A DNA stretch of 64,000 nucleotides from Acidimicrobiales bacterium (lineage in GTDB: Bacteria; Actinomycetota; Acidimicrobiia; Acidimicrobiales; Bog-793). This document shows, piece by piece, positions 56,624-64,000 of the stretch; the first letter of the stretch is position 1, and the number at the start of each line of letters is the position of its first letter. A model generated the notes under the pieces. The model searched no databases and was not told where the DNA came from. It saw only the letters and a program-made list of their open reading frames with translations. The translations under genes were made by a program, and so were the position numbers. Location of the stretch: NCBI GenBank assembly GCA_035534715.1, contig DATLRJ010000020.1:6-64005 (forward strand), given 5' to 3'.

Positions 56624-58057
56624 ATGACGACTCTCGCGATGCCCGGTGAGCAGGAGGCACCCGACGCGACGCCTCCCGCTGCCGCGAAGAAGCGCAAGTG
56701 GAACAGGACCTCGATCGCGTTCGTCGTGCCCGCCGCGGTGTGGCTCGGGCTCATCGTCGTCTACCCGGTCGTCGCGACGATCCGCTACAGCTTCTTCAAC
56801 GAGTCCGGCTCGAGCTTCGTGGGCCTCACGAACTACAAGAACCTGTTCACGAGCGACGCGCTGCTCACGGCGTTCCGGAACAACTTCATCTGGGTCGTGA
56901 TCTTCCCCTTCTTCGTGACGTTCTTCGGCCTGGTGTTCGCCGTGCTCACCGAGCGGATCAAGTGGGCGACGGCGTTCAAGACGATCATCATCATGCCGAT
57001 CGTGTTCTCGACGACCGCGTCGGCACTCGTGTGGAGCTCGCTGTTCGACCTGAACCCGCACGTCGGCGCGCTCAACGCGCTCGTCGAGACGGTCTCGGAC
57101 TGGTTCAATCCCCCGGGCGCGTACCCCGTCGACACGGCCGCGGGCCAGACGGTCGCGTCACTCGCGTCGTCCGGGGTGCGCGTCGCGCCCGGCTCGAACC
57201 TGCGGAGCGTCGCGGTCGTCCGCCCCGGCGGGACGGTCCGGCTCGGGCTCGTCGGGATCAGCCCGGCGACGCTGCAGGTGCTCGAGGCGGAGCCCGCCAC
57301 GCTGCCGAAGGCGCAGCCCGGCGCGGTCACCGGCCTCGTGTGGCGGGACTTCTCGCCGAGCCACCCCGCCTCGCGCACCGGGGTCTTCCGCGACGAGGAC
57401 GGGCTCCCGAACCTCCGCCTCTCCCTGCTCGCCTCGAACGGCAGCTCGGTCGCCAGCGCCGTGAGCGACCGCCACGGGCTCTTCGCCTTCACGAACGTGC
57501 GCGCCGGCGCGTACCACGTCCAGATCGACTCCTCGAACTTCCGATCCGGCTTCACCGGGGTCTTCTGGCTCGGCACGCAGTCGCTGACGCCGACGAACTC
57601 CGTCGGACAGACCGCCCAGGCGCTTCTCAGCGTGCCGCTCGTCGACATGTCGATGATCGTCACGTACCTGTGGATCTGGTGCGGATTCGCGATGGTCGTC
57701 CTCGCGGCGGGCCTCGCGTCGCTCGACCGCGCGGTGCTCGAGGCCGCCCGGATGGACGGCGCGACCGAGTGGCAGACGTTCCGGCGCGTCACGATGCCGC
57801 TGCTCGCGCCCGTGCTCACGGTCATCTTCGTCACGATGATCATCAACGTGCTCAAGGTCTTCGACGTGATCTTGAACGAGCCGCCGGGCTCCTCCCAGGA
57901 GGGCGCGAACACTCTCGCGCTCTCCATCTACAACTTCGGCTTCACCGGCGGCATCCATACGGGGCTCGCGAGCGCGATCGCCGTGATCCTCTTCCTGCTC
58001 GTGGTCCCCGTCATGCTGTGGAACCTGAAGAAGCTCAAGCAGCCGTCGAACGGCTAG
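56624..58057 (+). CDS. Sugar ABC transporter permease (MalF-like) with a large extracytoplasmic insertion
   Basis: Binding-protein-dependent transport signature EAARMDGATEWQTFRRVTMPLL. An insertion of about 200 aa follows TM3, containing a beta-sandwich-like segment (LRLSLLASNGSSVASAVSDRHGLFAFTNVRAGAYHVQI). Confidence 0.85.
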   Translation: MTTLAMPGEQEAPDATPPAAAKKRKWNRTSIAFVVPAAVWLGLIVVYPVVATIRYSFFNESGSSFVGLTNYKNLFTSDALLTAFRNNFIWVVIFPFFVTFFGLVFAVLTERIKWATAFKTIIIMPIVFSTTASALVWSSLFDLNPHVGALNALVETVSDWFNPPGAYPVDTAAGQTVASLASSGVRVAPGSNLRSVAVVRPGGTVRLGLVGISPATLQVLEAEPATLPKAQPGAVTGLVWRDFSPSHPASRTGVFRDEDGLPNLRLSLLASNGSSVASAVSDRHGLFAFTNVRAGAYHVQIDSSNFRSGFTGVFWLGTQSLTPTNSVGQTAQALLSVPLVDMSMIVTYLWIWCGFAMVVLAAGLASLDRAVLEAARMDGATEWQTFRRVTMPLLAPVLTVIFVTMIINVLKVFDVILNEPPGSSQEGANTLALSIYNFGFTGGIHTGLASAIAVILFLLVVPVMLWNLKKLKQPSNG

Positions 58058-58065
58058 GAGGACTC

Positions 58066-58983
58066 GTGGGCATCGCGCAAGCAACGCTTCCCGCCGCGCC
58101 GCCGAAGCCCGGCCGGCGCTCCCGGTTCCGGCCCTCGCGTTTCGCGCTCGACGTCTTCCTCGGACTGATCGCGGCCTTCTGGCTCGTGCCGACCGTGTCG
58201 ATGGCGATCATCTCGTTCCGCCCGGAAGGGCTGTTCCAGGTATCCGGCTGGTGGACCGTGTTCTCCGCGCCCTCGCAGCTCACGCTCGCGAACTACAAGG
58301 CGCTGTTCGACCAGGGCCTCGTCGCCGGCGGCCTGCTCGACTCGCTCGTGACCTCGATCGAGATCACCGTGCCGGTGACCCTGCTCGTGACCGCGATCTC
58401 TGCGCTCGCCGGGTACTCGCTCGTCTTCGGGAGCTGGCGCGGACGCAACCTCGTCTTCTACTCGATCGTCGGGCTCATGGTCGTGCCCGTGCAGGTCGCG
58501 CTCCTCCCCGTCGTGCAGCTCTACCACGGATTCGGCTCCCTCTCCGGGTTCAACGCCTACGGCACGATCGTCGGCGTCGTGATCTTCCACGTCGCGTTCG
58601 GCCTGCCGTTCGGGATCTTCCTCATGCGCAACTTCTACGTGGGCATCCCCACCGAGCTCGTGGAGGCGGGACGGATCGACGGCGCCGGCGAGTGGCTGCT
58701 GTTCCGGCGCCTGATCGTGCCGCTCGGCATGGCCGCGACCGCGTCGCTCGCGATCTTCCAGTTCATCTGGGTGTGGAACGACCTGCTCGTCGCGCTCGTC
58801 TTCCTCGGTGGGTACTCGCACTTCCCGATGACGATCTTCCTCTACGACCAGACGCGCACGCTCGCCGCGAACTACTGGATCGTCGCGACCGGCGCGATGG
58901 TCTCGATCGTCGTGCCGCTCATCGTGTTCTTCTCGTTCCAGCGCTACTTCGTGCGCGGGATGCTCGCCGGCGCGGTGAAGTGA
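58066..58983 (+). CDS. Sugar ABC transporter permease (MalG-like)
   Basis: EAGRIDGAGEWLLFRRLIVPL EAA loop. AGGAGG 4 nt before GTG 58066. Confidence 0.9.
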   Translation: MGIAQATLPAAPPKPGRRSRFRPSRFALDVFLGLIAAFWLVPTVSMAIISFRPEGLFQVSGWWTVFSAPSQLTLANYKALFDQGLVAGGLLDSLVTSIEITVPVTLLVTAISALAGYSLVFGSWRGRNLVFYSIVGLMVVPVQVALLPVVQLYHGFGSLSGFNAYGTIVGVVIFHVAFGLPFGIFLMRNFYVGIPTELVEAGRIDGAGEWLLFRRLIVPLGMAATASLAIFQFIWVWNDLLVALVFLGGYSHFPMTIFLYDQTRTLAANYWIVATGAMVSIVVPLIVFFSFQRYFVRGMLAGAVK

Positions 58984-59013
58984 CGCGGTCGTGGGCCGGT
59001 CGGATGGTGGCAG

Positions 59014-60924
59014 TTGCCGTGCACCAACCCTGCCGGTCCGATACGATCCGGCGGCACGCGTCGGTGGACGGCCACCGACGCCGGGAGGAGCGCGACGAGC
59101 GACGAACATGACGCCGGCGCATCGCTCGACGCGCTGCTGAGAGCGGTGCTCGAGCCGTTCGGCTTCGCGTTCGCGACCTGCGAGCGCACGGGCGCGGTGC
59201 GCGAAGCAGAGGTCGCGTGGCGCGAGTGCTTCGCGCCGTTCGACACCGACGTGACGCGGATCCACCCGACACTCGTCCCCGACGTCTCCGCGCCGGGATT
59301 CGGCGTGCCGCCCGTGAACTACCGGGCGACGCGAGCCCCGCTGCGAGGGATGACGACTCGCCTCGTGCCGCTCGAGCGCGACGGCGACGTGCTCATCGTC
59401 GAGGCGGCGTCCTTCCCGCTCGGTCGCGACGACGGCTCGTTCCTCAGTGCGGCGCGCCCGGCGCCCGGCCGGGACGCCGACGACCTCGCGCGCCGCTATC
59501 TCGCGAGCTTCGTCGCGACGACGGACCTCGCAGTCGTCGGCACCAGGCTCGACGGGACGATCCTCTACTGGAGCCCTGCGGCGGCCGTCGTCTACGGCTA
59601 CAGCGAGGCCGAGGCGCTCGGGCGCAACATCACGATGCTGACGCCCGAGGACCGGGTCGCCGAGCCGCTCGAGGCGCTCGCGCTCGCGGCAGAAGGGCTC
59701 CCCGTCGAGCGCGTCGACACGGTCGGTCGCAGGAAGTCCGGCGAGCTCGTCGAGCTCTGGCTCGTGTCGAACCCGTTTCGCGACGAGAGCGGCGCCGTCG
59801 TCGGGACCATCCGGCTCGTCCGCAACATCAGCACGCTCAAGGAATCCGACCGGCGCGCTCGCATGTACGCGCGCGCCGTGGAGCACAGCCCGAACGGGAT
59901 CCTGCTCTGGCGCCGAAGCGGCGAGGACGGGTCGCTGCGGCTCGTCACGTCCAATCCCGCGGCGAAGCGGATCTGCGGGATCGGCGCCGGCGAGGTCGGG
60001 CGGACCGTCGAGGACCTCGCGGCGCTCTTCCCCCCGCTCGCCGCGCTCGGCCGCGAAGCGGAGACGTCGTCCGGCAGGGGCGCGCGCTCGCTCGGCAAGT
60101 TCGAGCTCCACCCCGCGAGCCGCGTCGGCCCGCCGCGGACGTGGGTCGAGCTAACCGTCGCGAGCTACGGCTCCTCGACGGTCTCGATGATCGTCCACGA
60201 CGTGACGGCTCTCGTCGTCGCCGAGGAGCAGCGACGACGCCTGCTCGTGCGCCTCGCGGAGGCCGAGGACGCGCAGCGCAAGCAGCTCGCCGAGGCGCTC
60301 CACGACGACACGATCCAGGCGCTCGCCGCGGTGAACATGCGCCTCGGCGCCATGCGGAGGAAGAGCGACCCGGCGAGCGCCGCCGAGATCCAGCGCGTCG
60401 AGGACGAGCTGCGCCGCGCGAGCACCTCGCTGCGCTCGCTCGTGTTCGAGCTGTACCCGGCGAGTCTCGAGTACGGCGGGCTGCACGCGGCGCTCGAGGA
60501 CCTCGCGGAGGGGACGTTCGGCACGGAGATCGAGACCGAGCTCGTCGACGAGCGCTCGCGGACGTCGCGGCCCACGACCGAGCTCACCGCGTACCGCGTC
60601 CTCCAGGAGGCGCTCCGCAACGTCGGCCACCACGCGCACGCGTCGCACGTGCGCATCCGACTCGGTCACGACGGGGACGAGCTCGTCGCGACGGTCCGGG
60701 ACGACGGCGTGGGATTCGACCTCGAGAGCGTCCGCAGCCGCCCCGGGCATCTCGGCGTGCGCACGATGTTCGAGCGGACCGAGAGCCGTGGCGGCACGCT
60801 CGACATCCGCCGTGCGCCGATCGGCACCGAGCTCGTGCTCCGGCTCCCGGACGCGGACGGCGACGACGGACGGGAGCCGGACGGCGCGGAGCGCGGCACC
60901 TCCCGACCGGCCGCGTCCGGCTGA
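59014..60924 (+). CDS. PAS-domain sensor histidine kinase (HisKA_3), no adjacent regulator
   Basis: PAS (ILYWSPAAAVVYGYSEAEALGRNITMLTPED), a second PAS-like region, HisKA_3 LAEALHDDTIQALAA, and a HATPase region. Start uncertain (TTG 59014). Confidence 0.85.
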   Translation: MPCTNPAGPIRSGGTRRWTATDAGRSATSDEHDAGASLDALLRAVLEPFGFAFATCERTGAVREAEVAWRECFAPFDTDVTRIHPTLVPDVSAPGFGVPPVNYRATRAPLRGMTTRLVPLERDGDVLIVEAASFPLGRDDGSFLSAARPAPGRDADDLARRYLASFVATTDLAVVGTRLDGTILYWSPAAAVVYGYSEAEALGRNITMLTPEDRVAEPLEALALAAEGLPVERVDTVGRRKSGELVELWLVSNPFRDESGAVVGTIRLVRNISTLKESDRRARMYARAVEHSPNGILLWRRSGEDGSLRLVTSNPAAKRICGIGAGEVGRTVEDLAALFPPLAALGREAETSSGRGARSLGKFELHPASRVGPPRTWVELTVASYGSSTVSMIVHDVTALVVAEEQRRRLLVRLAEAEDAQRKQLAEALHDDTIQALAAVNMRLGAMRRKSDPASAAEIQRVEDELRRASTSLRSLVFELYPASLEYGGLHAALEDLAEGTFGTEIETELVDERSRTSRPTTELTAYRVLQEALRNVGHHAHASHVRIRLGHDGDELVATVRDDGVGFDLESVRSRPGHLGVRTMFERTESRGGTLDIRRAPIGTELVLRLPDADGDDGREPDGAERGTSRPAASG

Positions 60925-61024
60925 CGGGCGGGCATCGCCACCGAGGATCGATCGAGGCCCCGGTGGCGACCACGCCACGAGGGCGGCGGGCGTGCGCCCG
61001 GCCGCCGCGCGGGTACCGTTGGCC

Positions 61025-61558
61025 ATGGCTCGCTTCACGCTCCACGCGGTCGCGCCGAACCGGCCCGACGTCGTCGCGGCGGTCACCCAGTCGCTCGCGG
61101 ACATCGGCTGCAACCTCGAGGACTCGCGCATCTCGCTCCTTCACGGCCAGCTCTCGATCGTGCTCGCGCTCGAGGCGCCGGGGATCTCGGACGGCACGGC
61201 GGTCGAGGAGGCGCTCACCCCGCTGCTCGAGGAGCTCGCGCTCCAGCTCTTCGTGCGCCCGATCCCCGACGGGGGGGACGACCTCGACCTCGGCAACCTC
61301 GTCGAGATCTCGGTGCGCGGTGCGGACCGGCCCGGGACGGTCGCCCGCGTCGCCCGCGCGGTGGCCGCCGCGGGGGGGAACATCGTCGACCTCGTCGGCC
61401 AGGTCGTCGCGCAGGACACGGCGAGCCCGTCGCGCCTCGAGATCACCGCCGCGCTGGCCCCGCAGGCCGTGCCTCGCCTGCGTGCCGCGCTCGAGGACGT
61501 CGCGACGGACCTGGGCGTGACCTGGGACGTCCGCGAGCGATCCGGCCGCGAGACCTAG
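61025..61558 (+). CDS. Tandem ACT-domain protein (GcvR-like)
   Basis: Two ACT units (APNRPDVVAAVTQSLADIGCNLEDS and GADRPGTVARVARAVAAAGGNIVDL). Confidence 0.75.
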   Translation: MARFTLHAVAPNRPDVVAAVTQSLADIGCNLEDSRISLLHGQLSIVLALEAPGISDGTAVEEALTPLLEELALQLFVRPIPDGGDDLDLGNLVEISVRGADRPGTVARVARAVAAAGGNIVDLVGQVVAQDTASPSRLEITAALAPQAVPRLRAALEDVATDLGVTWDVRERSGRET

Positions 61559-61638
61559 GCCCGCCACGGTGCGGCCGCCCGCCGGCCGAGGCCGCGCGTG
61601 GCAGTGCGCGTGCGAGAATGGTTGAGAGGAGGTGCGAT

Positions 61639-62697
61639 ATGCGCATCGCGATCGTCGCACCACCGTGGCTTCCCGTGCCACCAGGCGGCTACGGCGGGAC
61701 GGAAGCGGTGCTCGACACGCTCGCACGCGGGCTGGTCGCCCGCGGCCACGACGTCCTTCTCTGCACGACGGGGGACAGCACCTGCCCGGTCGAGCGGACC
61801 TGGGTGTTCGGATCAGCGCTCGGCATCGGCACGGGCGGGAGCGTCTCGGAGATCCGTCACGTGATCCACGCGTACGACGCGGCCGCGGGATCGGACATCG
61901 TCCACGACCACACGCTCGTCGGACCTCTCTACTCGGCCGCGATACCCGGTCTGCCCGTGGTCACGACGAACCACGGTCCGTTCGGGCCGGAGCTCATCGA
62001 CTTCTACCGGGCGATCGCGCCGCGCGTCCCCGTGATCGCGATCTCCCGCCACCAGGCGTCGACCGCGATCGGCGTCGAGATCGCGGCGACGATCCACCAC
62101 GGGATCGACGTCGACGAGTTCCCCGTCGGCCGGGGTGCCGGTGGCTACGCGCTCTTCCTCGGCCGGATGCACCCCGGCAAGGGCGTCGACGCCGCCGCCC
62201 GCGCGGCGCGCGCCGCAGGGGTCCCGCTGCGGATCGCGGGCAAGATGCGCGAGCCCGACGAGATCGCGTACTTCGACGCGCAGGTGCGCCCGCTGCTCTC
62301 CAGGGAGATCACCTACGTCGGCGAGGTCGAGCGCGACGAGAAGGTCGCGCTGCTGGGCGACGCGATGTGCCTGCTGAATCCCATCGTCTGGCCCGAGCCG
62401 TTCGGCATGGTGATGATCGAGGCGCTCGCGTGCGGAACGCCGGTCGTGACGACGCGCTTCGGTGCGGCGCCCGAGATCGTCGACGACGGCGTCGTCGGCT
62501 ACCTGTGCGACTCGGGGCCCGAGCTCGAGCGGTCGCTCCTTCGCGCGGGCGGGCTCGACCGCGCCGCCTGCCGGCGCCACGTCGCCGAGCGGTTCTCCGC
62601 CACGCGCATGGTTGACGAGCACGTCGCGCTCTACGAGCGGCTGCTCGCCGGGCACCCGGGGACCCTCGCGGGCGCGTCGATGCGGGGCGCCGCGTGA
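61639..62697 (+). CDS. Glycosyltransferase family 4 (GT-B)
   Basis: MRIAIVAPPWLPVPPGGYGGTEAVLDTLARGL and EPFGMVMIEALACGTPVV. GAGAGGAGG SD. Confidence 0.85.
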   Translation: MRIAIVAPPWLPVPPGGYGGTEAVLDTLARGLVARGHDVLLCTTGDSTCPVERTWVFGSALGIGTGGSVSEIRHVIHAYDAAAGSDIVHDHTLVGPLYSAAIPGLPVVTTNHGPFGPELIDFYRAIAPRVPVIAISRHQASTAIGVEIAATIHHGIDVDEFPVGRGAGGYALFLGRMHPGKGVDAAARAARAAGVPLRIAGKMREPDEIAYFDAQVRPLLSREITYVGEVERDEKVALLGDAMCLLNPIVWPEPFGMVMIEALACGTPVVTTRFGAAPEIVDDGVVGYLCDSGPELERSLLRAGGLDRAACRRHVAERFSATRMVDEHVALYERLLAGHPGTLAGASMRGAA

Positions 62698-62722
62698 GCC
62701 GGACGCGGCGAGCTCGGCACGG

Positions 62723-64000
62723 GTGAGCACCGCCCGAACCTTCACCGGCGAGCCGACGGTCAGCGGCCTCGTCGGCGCGGTGACCCTCGTCGAGGGGAAC
62801 TCGTTCGCGATCTCGGCGCAGAGCGGCGACATCGAGCCCGGAGGTGCGCACGGCCTGTTCCACGCCGACACGCGGTTCGTCTCCTGTTGGCGGCTTCGCG
62901 TCGACGGCGAGCCGCTGCAGGACCTCGCGGTCGTCCCGCTGGACCCGTTCGCGGCGACGTTCGTCGCGCGAGGTGTTCCGCACGAAGGACAGTCGGAGAG
63001 CACGATCCTCGTCGCGCGCAGCCGGTTCGTCGGCAACGGCATGCGCGAGGACCTCGTCGTGCGGAACCTCGCGCACGCACCGGTCGAAGTCTCGATCGCG
63101 ATCGACCTCGACTCGGACTTCGCGCACATCTTCGAGGTGAAGGAGGGTCGCGTCCAGGCCCGCGGCGAGCACACGGTGCGCGCAGAGGACACCACGCTCA
63201 CGTTCTCGAACGCCCACCGGGGCGTGACGCGCCGGCTCGTCGTCGACTTCCCCCCGATGGCCGTCGTCACCCTGCGCCGCGCGACGATGGACGTGACGGT
63301 GCCGCCGCTCGGCGAGTGGCGCGCATGCTTCGAGTTCCGTGCGGAGATCGACGACGAGCCGATCGACCTGCGCTACCGCTGCGGGGAGCCGGTCGAGCAC
63401 TCGGAGCCCGTGACGCGCCTGCGCTCCTGGGAGCAGTCGGCGCCGCGGGTGAGGACCGGCCAGGAGGGTCTCGCGGCGACGTTCGACCAGAGCGTCCTCG
63501 ACCTCGGGGCACTGCGCATATTCGACCCGAACGACGAGACCCGTGCGGTCGTCGCGGCGGGCGCCCCCTGGTTCATGACGCTGTTCGGCCGGGACTCCCT
63601 CATCACGGGCCTGATGACGCTCGCCGTCGACCCGACGCTCGCGGAGGGGATCCTGCTCACGCTCGCGCGACTCCAAGGAGAGCGGGTCGACCCGGTGAGC
63701 GAGGAGGAGCCGGGAAAGATCCTCCACGAGATCCGCCACGGGATCGCCGCGGGTGGCAACCGACGCAGCGGCTCCGTCTACTACGGATCGATCGACGCGA
63801 CGCCGCTGTTCGTCGTGGTGCTCGGCGAGCTCTACCGATGGGGCGCGTCACCCGAGCTGATCGAGCGGCTGCTTCCCCACGCGGACCGTGCGCTCGCGTG
63901 GGTCGACGAGTACGGCGACCGAGACGGCGACGGTTTCGTCGAGTACGCGCGCTCGACACCGGCGGGCCTCGCGAACCAGGGGTGGAAGGACTCCTTCGAC
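62723..64000 (+). CDS. Amylo-alpha-1,6-glucosidase / glycogen-debranching-type protein (partial, runs off right edge)
   Basis: Own translation from GTG 62723: VEGNSFAISAQSGDIEPGGAHGLFHADTRFVSCWRL (GDE N-terminal domain) ... GAPWFMTLFGRDSL ... NQGWKDSFD. Open to position 64000, so absent from the ORF track. Confidence 0.85.
   Translation, partial: MSTARTFTGEPTVSGLVGAVTLVEGNSFAISAQSGDIEPGGAHGLFHADTRFVSCWRLRVDGEPLQDLAVVPLDPFAATFVARGVPHEGQSESTILVARSRFVGNGMREDLVVRNLAHAPVEVSIAIDLDSDFAHIFEVKEGRVQARGEHTVRAEDTTLTFSNAHRGVTRRLVVDFPPMAVVTLRRATMDVTVPPLGEWRACFEFRAEIDDEPIDLRYRCGEPVEHSEPVTRLRSWEQSAPRVRTGQEGLAATFDQSVLDLGALRIFDPNDETRAVVAAGAPWFMTLFGRDSLITGLMTLAVDPTLAEGILLTLARLQGERVDPVSEEEPGKILHEIRHGIAAGGNRRSGSVYYGSIDATPLFVVVLGELYRWGASPELIERLLPHADRALAWVDEYGDRDGDGFVEYARSTPAGLANQGWKDSFD

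Noticed and set aside
55115-58983. ABC importer operon lacks an ATPase gene, possibly incomplete or degenerate.
   Set aside because: Sugar importers of high-GC Gram-positives commonly share a separately encoded multitask ATPase (MsiK-type). Its absence here is not evidence of decay.

Overview
By eye this is a very GC-rich, Actinobacteria-like (monoderm) chromosomal segment. Genes are densely packed. Because of the GC content there are many long Arg/Pro/Ala-rich alternative-frame and antisense ORFs, which I treat as artefacts. All family calls come from motifs read directly in the translations; no searches were run.

Layout, left to right:
- 1-2.6 kb: a small toxin-antitoxin islet. It holds an HTH antitoxin plus PIN toxin, and a DUF433 gene with a decayed DUF5615 partner.
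- 2.6-18.8 kb: housekeeping and accessory genes. These are an ACT protein, a PLP decarboxylase, an isochorismatase-like hydrolase, a CrtI-like oxidoreductase, patatin, a divergent MFS/LysR pair, LOG, an SDR, an MprF-like protein with DUF3048, purF and a PHP phosphatase.
- 18.9-28.3 kb: a glycan-assembly cluster. It starts with a decapeptide-repeat wHTH protein, followed by 2 GT2, 2 GT4, a Wzx-like flippase, a priming phosphoglycosyl transferase and a Wzy_C/O-antigen-ligase-family protein with C-terminal TPRs.
- 28.4-44.3 kb: directly abutting it, a complete secretin-less type IV pilus locus. It contains pilA, three very large pilin-like/PilX-like proteins, PilO, a PilM-PilN fusion, PilC, a PilT with an added N-terminal T2SSE_N/MshEN-like domain, PilB with two N-terminal domains, PilD and a PilU-like ATPase.
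- 44.3-47.2 kb: a hypothetical gene, a universal stress protein, a NarL-type response regulator and a GAF histidine kinase.
- 47.4-64 kb: a membrane protein, an aldo-keto reductase, a Kelch protein and a single-ORF IS66-family element. The IS sits between a truncated lipoprotein gene and the 3' stub of a histidine kinase, leaving an orphan OmpR regulator. After it come a LacI-regulated sugar ABC importer, a PAS histidine kinase, a GcvR-like ACT protein, a GT4 and a partial amylo-alpha-1,6-glucosidase.

Most interesting hypotheses:
- The glycan cluster and the Wzy_C-TPR enzyme next to pilA may form a pilin O-glycosylation system.
- The MshEN-like PilT fusion.
- The giant modular pilins.
- An SD-driven upstream ORF translationally coupled to pilB.
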